Position numbers and translations under genes: made by a program. The notes under the pieces were generated by a model, which saw only the letters and a list, made by a program, of their open reading frames with translations, searched no databases and had not been told where the DNA came from. Positions 21,426 to 32,942 of a DNA stretch of 64,000 bases are shown here, in pieces. Every line of letters starts with the position of its first letter. Position 1 is the stretch's first letter. The stretch is from assembly GCF_000142905.1 (NCBI RefSeq), contig NW_013657649.1, forward strand, positions 62,001 through 126,000, written 5' to 3'. This DNA is from Thecamonas trahens ATCC 50062 (lineage: Eukaryota; Protista; Apusomonadida).

Positions 21426-21641
21426 ACCTTGCAAAAGTGAACGATGTTTCGCCATTCCAAGCTGAAAGAGTATCCTCAGGGGCATAGATGGTAGGCGTGG
21501 GATATGCACAGTGGTTCTGGTTCTTCAAGGGTGTTGCGCGGTTGAGCGTCTTCTCCCAGCTTCCAGCTGACTCGGAGAGATAACTTACCCGATTGAATCG
21601 AGATGGACGGCCCATCCATCCGGGATAGTCGACCCTGGCGC

Positions 21642-21794
21642 AAACATAAAAAATGTATGCAAACATCTCCAAAACGACCAAAAATATTATTTTTATATAA
21701 TCCATGTCGCAATTCTATTACTATTTCAATATTTAGAACTTCATTATTCTAAATATAATATTATAGAAATATATATATAATATTATAGAACTTG
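21642..21794. other. AT-rich island with palindromes and direct repeats
   Basis: Core 21711-21790 has 9 G/C in 80 nt against a strongly GC-rich background. Confidence 0.9.
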
Positions 21795-22111
21795 ATGGAT
21801 TGTCTGTGCAGACCGCCGAGGCTCACACGACGCTGTCCGTCGTCGCGATACCGCGTACCTCACACCGTCTCCACGGCATAGATTGCTAGCGCTCAATGCG
21901 TTCTATGTATTGATTTGAGTCTATGGCTCGTGACTAGCCTAGAACGCGAGAAAAGCATGAAAAGCCGTTTTTGCTGGGGTCGCACCTAAATGTGCTCGAG
22001 GCCGATCGTTGCCAGACCATCACTCTCCGAGAGTCTCCGGCCGCTGAATCGATGACCGACGGCTTTGCTTCACTTTGCTATGCATTGTATTGTTATTGTA
22101 GCTACTCCAGA

Positions 22112-25100
22112 TTACGCATGAGCACCCGGTGGCGGCTTGTAAAAGTCGCTCGTGTCGAGATCCACAACCCGTGCCGCTACTGCCGACGATTTGGAGAGCC
22201 GCCGTGGCCCAATTGTCCGCGAGTTGCGCCGCGAGCTGAAGCGCGAGTTGCGCCGCGATCCACTGTCCGATTCTGACGAGTCAAAGCGGTACACGCCCGA
22301 CGGACGCCGCATCTTCGATGGTCCGGACCGACTCACCACCTTGCCGTTCAGCTGCCGAGTTGACTCTAGCGTCGTCGACGACGACCTGGTCTTGCTGTCA
22401 CGGCTGTTCGAGTCCGAGCTCAGTGATGACGACGATGACGACCCGATGCCAAGCGGCATCATCTCGGCCACAACTACGTCCTTGTCATCGGCCTCAGCCT
22501 CGGCTTTCGATTCGGGTTGAGGGAGGCAAGTGGCAAAGAGCTTACGCGAGCCGGCAAATACAACTGCGAGGACAACGACCACAAAGACTCCGGCAATGGC
22601 AGCGACAACCAGGCCTTCAGCCGTATCCTTCGTCTGCGCTGAGTTTTCCTCGTCGAGGAACACGGCGCCCGACGTGACATATCCGTACACTACAAAGAGT
22701 GCAATGGCATCGATTAAGTCGAGCAGCTTGGCCACATACGGTGAGAGCGCGATCTGAACGGCAAACATGCATAGAACGAGCCCGCCGGCGACCGAGAGCT
22801 GGAACGACGGCGAGGTGATAAAGACCACCACTGCAGCCATGAGCGCCTTGCGCGAAAACGCCGCCCACACCTCGTACCACCACATGTCCTCGGAGAAGCC
22901 GTTGACCAGGTACGAAAAGTAGAACCAGAACCGCTCCGGGTTCGATCGCGTCCGCCGCATGCCCAGCAACATGACCACCGGCACGCCCACCACGTACACG
23001 CCCATCGAGACAAGCGCGAGCGTCACAAAAAGCGCGTGCAAGCCCTCGTAGCACCTGATGTCCGGATCTGCCACCAGCCGCAGCTCGCCTGTTCCGGGAT
23101 CTGAGCATTGGAAGACCTTGAATGTCACCGTCGCAATGTTGGTGTACTGCAGGAAGAGTACAACCACAGAGTAGCGGATGAGGCCGCGGATCTGCCCGCG
23201 CGCAAGGAGCACCACCGCAGCAATCGCAATGTACAGCCACGGTGCGAGCATAATGAGCACAAACCGAGTGTAGAACGATGAACCCACCAAGCAATGGGTC
23301 GAGAACGACGAGAGCGAGCCCTGCGACGACACAAACGAAATGCCATTCACAATCGCAAGCAGCGTCGTCGACGATTGCAGCGCCTTCAGCTCGCCCATCA
23401 GCACCACAAGTTGCGCAAAGTTGAAGCCTGACCGGATGACAGCTGCTGGCGACGCTGCCGTATGCCGCGACGCCCCGCGCGACTTGCTCGACCGCGACGT
23501 GAACCACACAGAGGTGAACCCAAACATGGCGATGACTGCAAAGCCGCCCACATACGCCACCCACATCGGCCCGCACTCGTTGCATCGCCCGTACGAGTCA
23601 GGCACAAGCCCAGACTCGCAACGGAAGCACGTGAATGACCCACTGTCACGGGTCCCTGAGCACGACGAGTACTCGGCCCCACCCGGACAAGCGTCTGCGT
23701 TAAAGCACTTGATGAATGCTGCCGGCGCGGCGTCGATGTTGCTCGCGTTTCCGCTCGGCCACCAGTAGCCGCGTTGCGCAAGCACAGCCGCGCCGCCAGG
23801 ACAAAGCCCACCCTTGGGACAGGCTCGACAGTTCGCCCATCCGTCACCAGCGTACATCCCATCTGGACAGGCCTCGCACTGTTGCGCACTGTGGTCGACC
23901 AGATTGAGTACCATTCCGCGCGGGCACTTGGTGCATCGCGGCACCGTCTTGCCTGCCGCAGTGTTTCTCAAGTCCAGAAACTCACCAGGCCCACAAACCA
24001 CACCGCACGTCAGGCGTCCTTCAGACAAAAACGTCGACTCACCTTGTTCGCACGGCTCGACCGAGACCTGGAGCGCAGCGCCTGTCGCCGCGTCTAGCGG
24101 CGCAACCTGCAGGCATGTTGAAAGCGAGGTCATCGCCAAGCCGAACGACTTTCCAGCCTGTACGTGCGACAAATCCGACGCAAAGACCTGCAGAGTCGCA
24201 AACGAGCAACTGCCATCAGCTTGTCGTGTGCAGACCTCACCAAAGACCGATGGTGCGTTAGTAGTCACAAACCCGGCCCTCACATTGGAGAACGCCGCAG
24301 GCTGCCCAAGCACATCCGTCACCGCCATGCTGATCTCCTGCGTCCCGCCACTGGCCGTCCGCGTCACAAACGGCTTATCGCCCGACTTGATCGTCACAGC
24401 TATTGCTCCCGAGCCTGCCGTCTGCAACTCGTCCGACACCACGGTTCCGTCCGCCGCCAGTGTCCGCACCCGCAGCGCTGTCGCGGCAGCGTCTGACGCC
24501 ACTGTCGGTCCTGAGGGCGCGCTTGATCCACTAAAGTCGGCAAGCGAAGTCGGCAACGTCGACGTTGTAAACGGCGTCGCCGCCCCCACCGCAGCTCCGG
24601 TCGTGTTCGAGACCGGTTGCATAAGAAGCACGTCGCCAACTTTGGCCGCCCGGTTGCACAGCTCTTGCCCGCACGACGAATCAAGCATGCACACAAACAG
24701 TCCACCACCCGATACCAGGGCGGCGTTGTTGACCACTCGCGGCAAAGCGCCGTCGGCACTGCAAAAATGCACCCGCGAAGAGACCACTAGGACGCCACCA
24801 CCCGACACACTTGCCGTGTTGTCTCCGATGAGCGAGCCTGGTGCGAGCTCGACTCTGCCACCCAGCGCCGCCACTCCACCACCGTTCTGCGCCATGTTGC
24901 CGGATACACTCGCGCTCGACGCAATTGCAAGGACCGGCGGATTGACCAGTGCGTTGGACGAGAGCAGCACACCACCACCACGCCCACTGCTTGCCGAGCA
25001 CCCACTCACGCTTGTTGCGCCCGCAAGCACCACAGAGACCTCACTCGTGTAGACTCCACCGCCATCACTGTTCGTTGTGCAACCCGAGATGGCGCATCCA

Positions 25101-27412
25101 GTCAGCGTCAGTCCGCCCGAATTGAGGGTTGCAGACAGGTGCGAGACCGCCAGACCACCCCCCTCGCTCGCCGCGCTGCACCCAGCCACAGTCACGTCGG
25201 TCAGTACCAGCGGGACCGCCAGCGACTCCATCGCCATTCCACCGCCGCCCTTTCCTGCGCTGCACGCCTCAACAGTCAGCCGTGGACCTATCATAAGCGC
25301 ACTCGTGCTCGTCGCCGCCACATCGGCAACCTTCATCCCACCACCATCGACCGCCGCCGAGCACCCGGAAAACCGCACGTCCGTCACAAACACCGATTTG
25401 AGGTCGAGCGCCGCTGGCGCCGTCACATACAGCCCACCGCCCGAGCCCGCGCTCGCGCTGCAGCCTGAAAGCGTCACGTTTGACAAGTACATGCTGTACT
25501 CGGCGATGGAGATCGAGCCCGTCGCGGCCGTGAAAAAGAAGCCAATACCGCCGCCGTTGCCCGCACCCGCACTTGCGCCCGACACAACCGAGTGCATGAG
25601 CGAGAACTGCGCCACATTCGTCAGCGAGAGCGCGCCTCCGCCTGCACCACACACGCTCGCGTCAGGACACGAGAGCCTGTCGAGCACAAGCCGCGCAAGC
25701 GCAACAATCGGACCATCTGTCGTCTCCGCCACAGCAACCGGCCCGCCGCCGCTCATGCTCAGGTCGCGGATCGACACCGACCGTTTCTTCTCGCTCGCAT
25801 CAAAGTCAGACCCAGAAATCGAGAACGATGCGCCGTTCACAGGCCCAGTGCATGCAATGTTGCTCACACCCATGCCCGCGCCCACCAGCCGGACCGGCGA
25901 GCTGACGACAAAGTTACACGGTCCGGAAAACGTTCCGGCCGGAAGCTCAATCGTGGCGTCGAGCGTCGCGCTCACTGAGACCAGCGCGGCGGAAATACAC
26001 GCCGTCGAACTCGCAGCTGCACCGAGTCCGCCGCACGTTGCCGCATCAAGCACCAGATGCGTCGGTGTGCCGGCGTGGCACACCAGGTTTCGCGACCCGC
26101 GCCCGCCACTGTCGCGGCCCGAGGCCACAAGCACCACGCTCGAAAGGCCTGCTGCCGCGTCGTAGTCCTGGTACGCCACGCTCACAGTGCCCACACCATT
26201 GGATGGATGGCTGCCAATGGTTCCTACTCCCTTGATCGTGCCCGAAATCGCAATGGCTGCCAGTGGAGCGCCCGGCGTCAGATCGTACATCAACCGCCGA
26301 AACGCAATCAGATCCGCCGTGTCGTCGATCCATGAGATCACCACAAACGGGTGCTTGCGCGAGGCGGCCACATCGGCCCACCGCTGATCGGAGGTAGAGT
26401 CGTCGCTGTTGACAAGCGTCTCGGCCGCGCCCGCAAGCACGATGCTGCCGGCCGCAATGTCAACAACGCCCGCCCGGAACACGATGCCCATGCCTGATCC
26501 GTCGAGCACAGCGTCGGTCCAGGCAATGACAAATCCACCTAGCTCAACTAGCGAGTCGCATCGCGGGTTCTGCTGATTGCCGGCCGTGTTGGTCACCGGT
26601 GTCATCGCCTCGCCCACAGCCTCGTACACCGTCGCCGTCGCCGTCGGCCGGTACGCCCGAAAGCTCACACCGTTACCCGCCCCGTCGTTGGTGGTAAACG
26701 TCACAACAAAGCCGCCACCAACAAGCGAGGCTACATCAAACGAGCGCGTGTGGTGGAGGATGTTGCCGCTCGTGGTCACCGCCACCCGTGCCGAGCACGA
26801 TGACAGCGTCGGCGGCACGGCCCACGCCACCTCGCACGTCCGAAAGTACAGCGTCGACGAGTCTTGATACACCACAACAAGCCGCGTGTCGACGTCTGAC
26901 ACGTCCAGCTCCTTGACAATCGCCGGCTTGAAGCCGCCCGAGTCCGGCTCATAGATGTTGGGCGTCCGGTACAGCGTGTTGCTCGCATAGTGAATGAACC
27001 GGCACCCGATGTTGAGTGGAAAGCAGCCCACAAGCCACACATCGCCGCCGCCAGGCGTTTGGATCGAAGTCGACCGGCCCCAATCGATCCGATTGCCGTC
27101 GACGCCGCCAGCGCCCGGGTCGCGGAACGACGCCGCCCCGGCCGGCACCCCGTCCTTGTCGTACTTGTTGGCGTCCTCGCGCCAGCCCGACCACCCGCCA
27201 GTCGCTGACGACTCGAACACAAAGCCGCCGCCAGTCACCGCATACGCCCCAGAGTCATGTCCAACAACGTCGCGGTTGTGCGAGTTAAACTCGTTGCAGG
27301 CCCCCGACATGGCCACGTCTGCGGGACTCACCAGCCCCGCCGAGCAACGTCCGCTCAGCAGCCCCACCACCAGCAACGTGCTGGCCATGACCGCAACTCC
27401 CAGCTTCCACAT
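22112..27412 (-). CDS. Giant receptor-like membrane protein 1: signal peptide, bacterial-type repeat domain, PMP-like GG(A/G)-rich beta-helix, Cys-rich repeats, C-terminal multi-pass TM domain, Ser/Arg-rich tail
   Basis: MWKLGVAV... signal peptide; repeated xxxGGG(L/V/M) units (CSASAGSGGGLYV, GNMAQNGGGV, DNTASVSGGGV); CPRG/CPDG/CPKGGLC repeats; FSYLVNGF...WWYEV...RK in the TM region. Confidence 0.85.
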   Translation of the reverse strand: MWKLGVAVMASTLLVVGLLSGRCSAGLVSPADVAMSGACNEFNSHNRDVVGHDSGAYAVTGGGFVFESSATGGWSGWREDANKYDKDGVPAGAASFRDPGAGGVDGNRIDWGRSTSIQTPGGGDVWLVGCFPLNIGCRFIHYASNTLYRTPNIYEPDSGGFKPAIVKELDVSDVDTRLVVVYQDSSTLYFRTCEVAWAVPPTLSSCSARVAVTTSGNILHHTRSFDVASLVGGGFVVTFTTNDGAGNGVSFRAYRPTATATVYEAVGEAMTPVTNTAGNQQNPRCDSLVELGGFVIAWTDAVLDGSGMGIVFRAGVVDIAAGSIVLAGAAETLVNSDDSTSDQRWADVAASRKHPFVVISWIDDTADLIAFRRLMYDLTPGAPLAAIAISGTIKGVGTIGSHPSNGVGTVSVAYQDYDAAAGLSSVVLVASGRDSGGRGSRNLVCHAGTPTHLVLDAATCGGLGAAASSTACISAALVSVSATLDATIELPAGTFSGPCNFVVSSPVRLVGAGMGVSNIACTGPVNGASFSISGSDFDASEKKRSVSIRDLSMSGGGPVAVAETTDGPIVALARLVLDRLSCPDASVCGAGGGALSLTNVAQFSLMHSVVSGASAGAGNGGGIGFFFTAATGSISIAEYSMYLSNVTLSGCSASAGSGGGLYVTAPAALDLKSVFVTDVRFSGCSAAVDGGGMKVADVAATSTSALMIGPRLTVEACSAGKGGGGMAMESLAVPLVLTDVTVAGCSAASEGGGLAVSHLSATLNSGGLTLTGCAISGCTTNSDGGGVYTSEVSVVLAGATSVSGCSASSGRGGGVLLSSNALVNPPVLAIASSASVSGNMAQNGGGVAALGGRVELAPGSLIGDNTASVSGGGVLVVSSRVHFCSADGALPRVVNNAALVSGGGLFVCMLDSSCGQELCNRAAKVGDVLLMQPVSNTTGAAVGAATPFTTSTLPTSLADFSGSSAPSGPTVASDAAATALRVRTLAADGTVVSDELQTAGSGAIAVTIKSGDKPFVTRTASGGTQEISMAVTDVLGQPAAFSNVRAGFVTTNAPSVFGEVCTRQADGSCSFATLQVFASDLSHVQAGKSFGLAMTSLSTCLQVAPLDAATGAALQVSVEPCEQGESTFLSEGRLTCGVVCGPGEFLDLRNTAAGKTVPRCTKCPRGMVLNLVDHSAQQCEACPDGMYAGDGWANCRACPKGGLCPGGAAVLAQRGYWWPSGNASNIDAAPAAFIKCFNADACPGGAEYSSCSGTRDSGSFTCFRCESGLVPDSYGRCNECGPMWVAYVGGFAVIAMFGFTSVWFTSRSSKSRGASRHTAASPAAVIRSGFNFAQLVVLMGELKALQSSTTLLAIVNGISFVSSQGSLSSFSTHCLVGSSFYTRFVLIMLAPWLYIAIAAVVLLARGQIRGLIRYSVVVLFLQYTNIATVTFKVFQCSDPGTGELRLVADPDIRCYEGLHALFVTLALVSMGVYVVGVPVVMLLGMRRTRSNPERFWFYFSYLVNGFSEDMWWYEVWAAFSRKALMAAVVVFITSPSFQLSVAGGLVLCMFAVQIALSPYVAKLLDLIDAIALFVVYGYVTSGAVFLDEENSAQTKDTAEGLVVAAIAGVFVVVVLAVVFAGSRKLFATCLPQPESKAEAEADDKDVVVAEMMPLGIGSSSSSSLSSDSNSRDSKTRSSSTTLESTRQLNGKVVSRSGPSKMRRPSGVYRFDSSESDSGSRRNSRFSSRRNSRTIGPRRLSKSSAVAARVVDLDTSDFYKPPPGAHA

Positions 27413-27689
27413 CCCCTCCCGTGAACCACTCGACCAAGAACGCATGACTGGCTTGTCCTTGACTGCGGTGGCGAGACAGGTGAGCCACCTTGCACCGTAG
27501 GCCACCGCCACTCCGGGTTGCATGAGTTCGTTGGAGGGGGAGGAACAAGTGAAGTACGAGTGAACCCCCCCCCCCCGGGAACCCACGTTTGCAACAACAC
27601 GGTCCCCCCTCCTTCCCCTCCCCTCAGGCAGCCGGCACCTGTCTGCACACGTCTCCCGTACTCGACTCCAACTCGGACAGCCATCATAT

Positions 27690-30600
27690 ATGCGTATGGT
27701 TATGGTTCGCCTTGCTGCGGCTGCTGCGCTACTGGTGGTGGGCTGGCTGGCTGTGGTCGCGGCTGCTGCCGGCACAACGACGGCCACCCGCCCCGCCCTC
27801 GCTGAGCGCTACGGGCCGTGTGTCCAGCCGGCAGCGTGGCCGTCCAACTCTGAATGGGACTTGGTCGAGGTGACAGGGACCTACAGTGGCGGCGGCACAT
27901 TCTACGGCGCGTGCAAGGTTCACGCACAATCTGGCGGTTCGGGCGGCCCGACGTGTGTCGAGTCCGGCTTTGGAACAGTCGAGGTGTACGTGACCAATCT
28001 TGACGGCACGTTCAACACGCGAGCCCGTCCGGACCTGGCCTGCGGCGACAGTCAGAACGAGATGTTCCCAGGTCTTGTCTCGCTTCGAAGCTCGGCGGAC
28101 GTCATTGCCATCTTTACTGATTGGAGCAATCCCGGCCGATCAAACTCGGCCGCCCGTATCACGCCTACTGGCGCGGTCACTGCCGGCGCGACCAACTTCT
28201 TCACCACCTCGGCCGACCGCTGGCGCGGCGACGAGCTGTACGACGGCACCATCCTCGCCGCTTCACGCTACGCGTATGAGCCGCGCGTCGGAGCCGTCCG
28301 GTTGTCGAGCAACGTTGCCACGGTGCTCAACGAGGTCCGGTTCTGCGACCCGTGCGAGAGCACCGTCAACTCGGTTGACGTAGCCGCCCTTCCCAGCGGC
28401 GGCTTTGTCGCCGTCTGGGCTCTCGTCTCGCACTCGGCCGACGGCGATGCTGGAGCTGCCTTTATCCGCAAGTACGCCAACGACATGACGCCGCTCACAC
28501 CCGAGATGCTGCTCCCCGAGTCGCCTGTCGGCGATCAGGGCGACGTGCGGGTTGCCGTCACTGCCGCTGGCACCATCGTTGCCACTTTTGCGTCCAGTGG
28601 TGTCGACGGCTCCGGCTTCTCGGTGCAAGCTCGTGTCTTTGACTCGGACCTCAACCCGATCGGCCCAGAGGTGACTCTCAACTCGGTGATTCCTGGCTCC
28701 CAGAACCAGCCGTCGATCACCGCGCTCCCTGGTGAGATTGTGTTTGTCGGCTGGCAGTCAGACTCGGAGCTCGCGGCACGCAAGTTTGTAATTGACGCCT
28801 CGGATCCGCTCACCCAAACTCCGCTCATTCCGCTCTCGTCGGACGTACCGCTCACCTCGGGCGGTACCTTTTCTGTGTCGGTCAATCCGTCCATGGACGC
28901 CCGTCCGGCGTCGAATTCGCCCGTCACATACAACTCGGTCATCACTGCCGTAGTCGATGCGCCGACCACGCGAAGCATTCACAACTATCGCTGCGAAGTC
29001 AACACGCCCGACGTCACCGTCGATTCTGCCGCCTGCGCTGGCTGGGGCCAGACGCCGTTCACCATGGCATGCCTTGCGCATGCGCTCACGGTTGTCGGTC
29101 AAGTCGACGCCAACATTCTTGTTGACGCTTCGGCGACCTGGACTGGCTGTCTTCCGGGCGACGGCTTGCTGGTCACAAAGTCGGTCGCCATCCGGCCGCT
29201 GGTTGCGGGCACTACGCTTGTTGTTGACTGCGCCGGCTCCGGCCGCGCCTTTACCGTCAATGGCGACTCGATGGCTGATGCGAATCACCGCGCACGCTCG
29301 GTTGCCTTTGCTGACATGGTGATCCTCAACGCGGTGGCGCCGGCTTTGGGCGGCGTAGGCGCCGGCTCAGGCGGCGGCATTGTGGTGGCCAATACCCTGG
29401 CTGTCGGCCCGGCCGTCTTTCTCGACAACGTTGAGTTTATTGGCTGCTCGGCGCCCGCCAAGGACGGCGGCAGCCTCGCGTTCATAGATACTGCCGGCGT
29501 CCACACCCGCAACTTGACGATTTCGAACTCGAGCGCTGGCGGTAACGGCGGGTGCCTCTCCATGACCTCGTCGGCCTCATCGCAAGTCTCGATCTTTAGC
29601 TTGCTGCTGGAGGACGCACACCTTTCGAGCTGCACCGCCGTGAATAATGGTGGGGCCATTTATGTCAACCTGGTGTCCGACATTCTCCCGCCGCTTGTCT
29701 TCCGCCGTTCCACGCTCACAGGATGCAGCGCAGGCGGCTCTGGCGGCGGTCTTTGGCTGACCTCGCTCCGGGCCAAGGGTCTTAAGCTTGGTCCGGCCCT
29801 CAAGCTCACTGCCAACACCGCGAGCGGCTCCGGCGGCGGCATCTACGCCATCGACGTGCTAACTGAGCTCGACCTGTCGGACGTGAGGATCAGCGACAAC
29901 ACGGCATCGATCGACGGTGGCGGTATTTACTTTACTCGCACCAAGACCGTCAAGGCGCTCCTGAAGGTCTCGCGTGGCAGTCTCCTCGCCGGCAACTCAG
30001 CGGCAGGCAGTGGCGGCGGCCTCTACATTTATGAGAACAACATGCGGCTGGAAGGCCCTGTCAGCATTGCGGGCAACACTGCGAGTACCAATGGCGGTGG
30101 CCTTTACTCGTTCTCCAACGCTGTTGTTACTCCGCCGACCCTAGAAACCAGCGGCACCGTGATCATCTCGGACAACGCGGCACAAGGCGGCGCTGGCTGG
30201 TACCTCTCGGGGAGCAACATTCGCCTCCGCAGTGGGCTGGTGTTCTCCGGTAACTCGGCAAGCGTCAGTGGCGGAGGCTTGTTTGCCACAGGTCGCTCGC
30301 TTGTCGTTGTCGAGAACAGCAACACCACGTCGGTGATCATGACCAGCAACACGGCCAGCAACGGTGGATCGAGCATGTTCTTCTGCCTCTTTTCATCGAC
30401 GTGCGGCCAGAGCGTGTGCGAGATCGGCAAGTCGGTCGATTCGTCGCTGCAGGCTGCCAACACAAGCTCGCCCTCGGTCTATACCCCGTACTCGGCTTGG
30501 GCATCCCGCCCAGACCCTGTAGCGCCACTTGTCATGGCTGGCACCTTTGCTACCGACGCGGCGTCGATTGCTATTGTGGCACCGAACCTGCCCGACTCTA

Positions 30601-32758
30601 TCTCGACCGGCAGCGTGCTTGTTGGCAGTGCTTTGGCCGACGGCGCGGTCGCGGCGTACGATGACTTTGGCGCCCCGCTACTGCGCTTCCCGAGCTCGTT
30701 TCGCTCACCTTTCCTGCCGAGGGCGACTCGTTGTTGCTACCGGCTGTGACGACCCGGTCAGTGTGCTCGATCGACCCGGCTACCGGCTCGTGCGCGTTGG
30801 GGCCAATCCGGGCGTCGGCGCCGGCGATCGCGGCACTCGGCCAGCGCTACCGAATCTCGGCCCAGCTTGTGGCGGCACCGTGCATGACTGCGACCTCGAC
30901 CGTTTCGTTTGCCATCACTGGTTGCACATCAGCGGCCGAGGAGGCTGTCGAGGAGGACAACACCGTGGTCTGCGTGGCGCAGTGCGGAGTAGGCCAGAAG
31001 ATTGTCTCGGTCATGTCAGGCGGCGAGGTGGAGTCCTCGCGCTGCGAGCCATGCGAGGCCGGAACCGTCCAGCCGCTGGAGGGCCACACTCAGCGTGACT
31101 GCGATGCCTGCCTGATCGGCACCTACGCCTTTGCCGGCGAAGCAAGCTGCTTGCCGTGTCCGGCGGGTGCCGATTGCGGCTCATCGGGCAAGTTTCTGCA
31201 CGCCAAGAAGGGCTACTGGTTTCCCAGCCGTGGCAGCAACAGCACTGGAGGAGGTAGCGGGAGCAGCAGCGAGACGAATGCGACGTCGCTTGCGGCGGGT
31301 GTTGGCGTAGCGGGCGCTAGTGGTACTGACGCTGCGACGTCGACCGCTCTCCATGTTCCGCTCTTTTATAGGTGTGATCCGCCCGAGGCCTGCAATGGCG
31401 GCCCAACGTATGATTCGTGCCGGGTTCCAACGTACAAGCAGGGATCGTTCCTCTGCGCCAAGTGCGGCGACGACTATGCGCGCATCGGCCGGACGTGTGA
31501 ACCGTGCTGGCCCAAGTGGGCGCTATGGACAACTTTGGTCATAATTATCGGCGGCGGCATTGTCGGTGTGGTGTTTATTGTCAAGGTCGGCTCCGCGGCG
31601 GCGCGCTCGCATTTGAGCGATGACCGCCTGTCCGCGGCCAAGTCTGGAAGTCGGCGGACCGCCAAGGTCTCACCGCTGGCGTCTTCGTCATCGACTTGTT
31701 CGTACGACGAACAAGAAGAGTCTACTGACCTTGATGCGGTCAGTCTTGAGCGCAATGGTCCCGCAGACGAAGCGCTGACGGTGGCGGCTGGCAGCCGCAC
31801 GGTGGCACTCAAGATCATGATCACGTACTTGCAGACACTGTCGCTCGCAAGCGTGTTCCGGGCGCAGACGTCAGACGTCATCCGAAACATTGGTGCGCTC
31901 ATCGGCGGGTTTACCCAGCCATCGCTCTCGTTCCACACCTTTGTGTGCCTCTTTGGCCGTCTCTCGGTCTACTCGGACTTTGTGTTGACCATGGCGATGC
32001 CGGTAGTCATCGCGGTTGCGGTGGGCATGGCCTCGCTGGTAGTGACGCGCTTGACGCGCGATGCCACCAAGCGAGCCCATCGGTCGATGTACTGCGGACA
32101 AGCCGGCATTATTCTCACCTTTTTGGTCTATCCGGTCCTGGTCCGCACCACGCTCTCGATGTATCACTGCAAGTCGTTTGTAGGCATCGAGCATTCGCGG
32201 CTGGTCTCGGACTTGGAAGTCGAGTGCTTTGTGGGGAGGCACGCGCAGTACGCCGGTATCGCCGCTATCTTTGTCGTCCTGTACGTCATCGGCATCCCTG
32301 TGGGCGCGCTGCTGCTCATGATCCGCGATCGCCGCAAGCTCGGCGTCGACATGTTCGAAGCCAAGTGGGCGTTTGTTGTCGCTGGCTATGCGCGCAACCT
32401 GTGGTGGTATGAGTTTGTGATCCTCTTCCGCAAGGTCGTCGTTGTCGTCCTCGTCGTCTTTGCCTCGTCGGCGTCGGTGCAGGTCACCCTTGGTGCCACG
32501 CTCTTGGCCATGGCTCTTGCCATCCATCTCGAGCTCGCGCCTTACCTCCGTGCTGAGTTTGACAAGGCCGAGTGTCTGGCCCTCGCTGCCCTCTCCGCCA
32601 CCCTGGTTGGCGCAATCACCCTGGTTGAGGGTGCCCAGGGCACCGATCAGGTCCAGATCAACCTTGTTGTCACGGTTGTCGTCGGCCTCAATCTCGCCCT
32701 CATCGGATATCTCGCATTGCTGGCGATTCGCAAGTCAGCGTCTGGTGCCAGGAACTAA
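27690..32758 (+). CDS. Giant receptor-like membrane protein 2, paralog of 22112-27412; a single gene split by an apparent 1-nt deletion at 30673-30676
   Basis: Same domain order (VNNGGAIYV, GNTASTNGGGLY, CPAGADC, GYWFP, GYARNLWWYEFVILFRK). Adding one C to the CCCC run gives DDFGAPATALPELVSLTF and fuses ORFs 27690 and 30731. Confidence 0.85.
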
Positions 32759-32942
32759 ATCCCTGCTCTCCACCTCCTCTTTCCCCTTGTTTCCCCGTCA
32801 TCATTCGATGCCGCGCTAGGCATGGCTGACTTGATCCACCCCCGTGACCAGACTACAGCACCACGACCACAACCCCACTCTCTCCCCCCCTCCACACACA
32901 CACACACTCCACCTCACCGCACTTCCACGCAACCTCACAACC

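Noticed and set aside
21289-21705. 138-aa minus-strand ORF starting in the AT island
   Set aside because: Atypical codon usage, overlap with the Zn2Cys6 3' end, and no recognisable motif.
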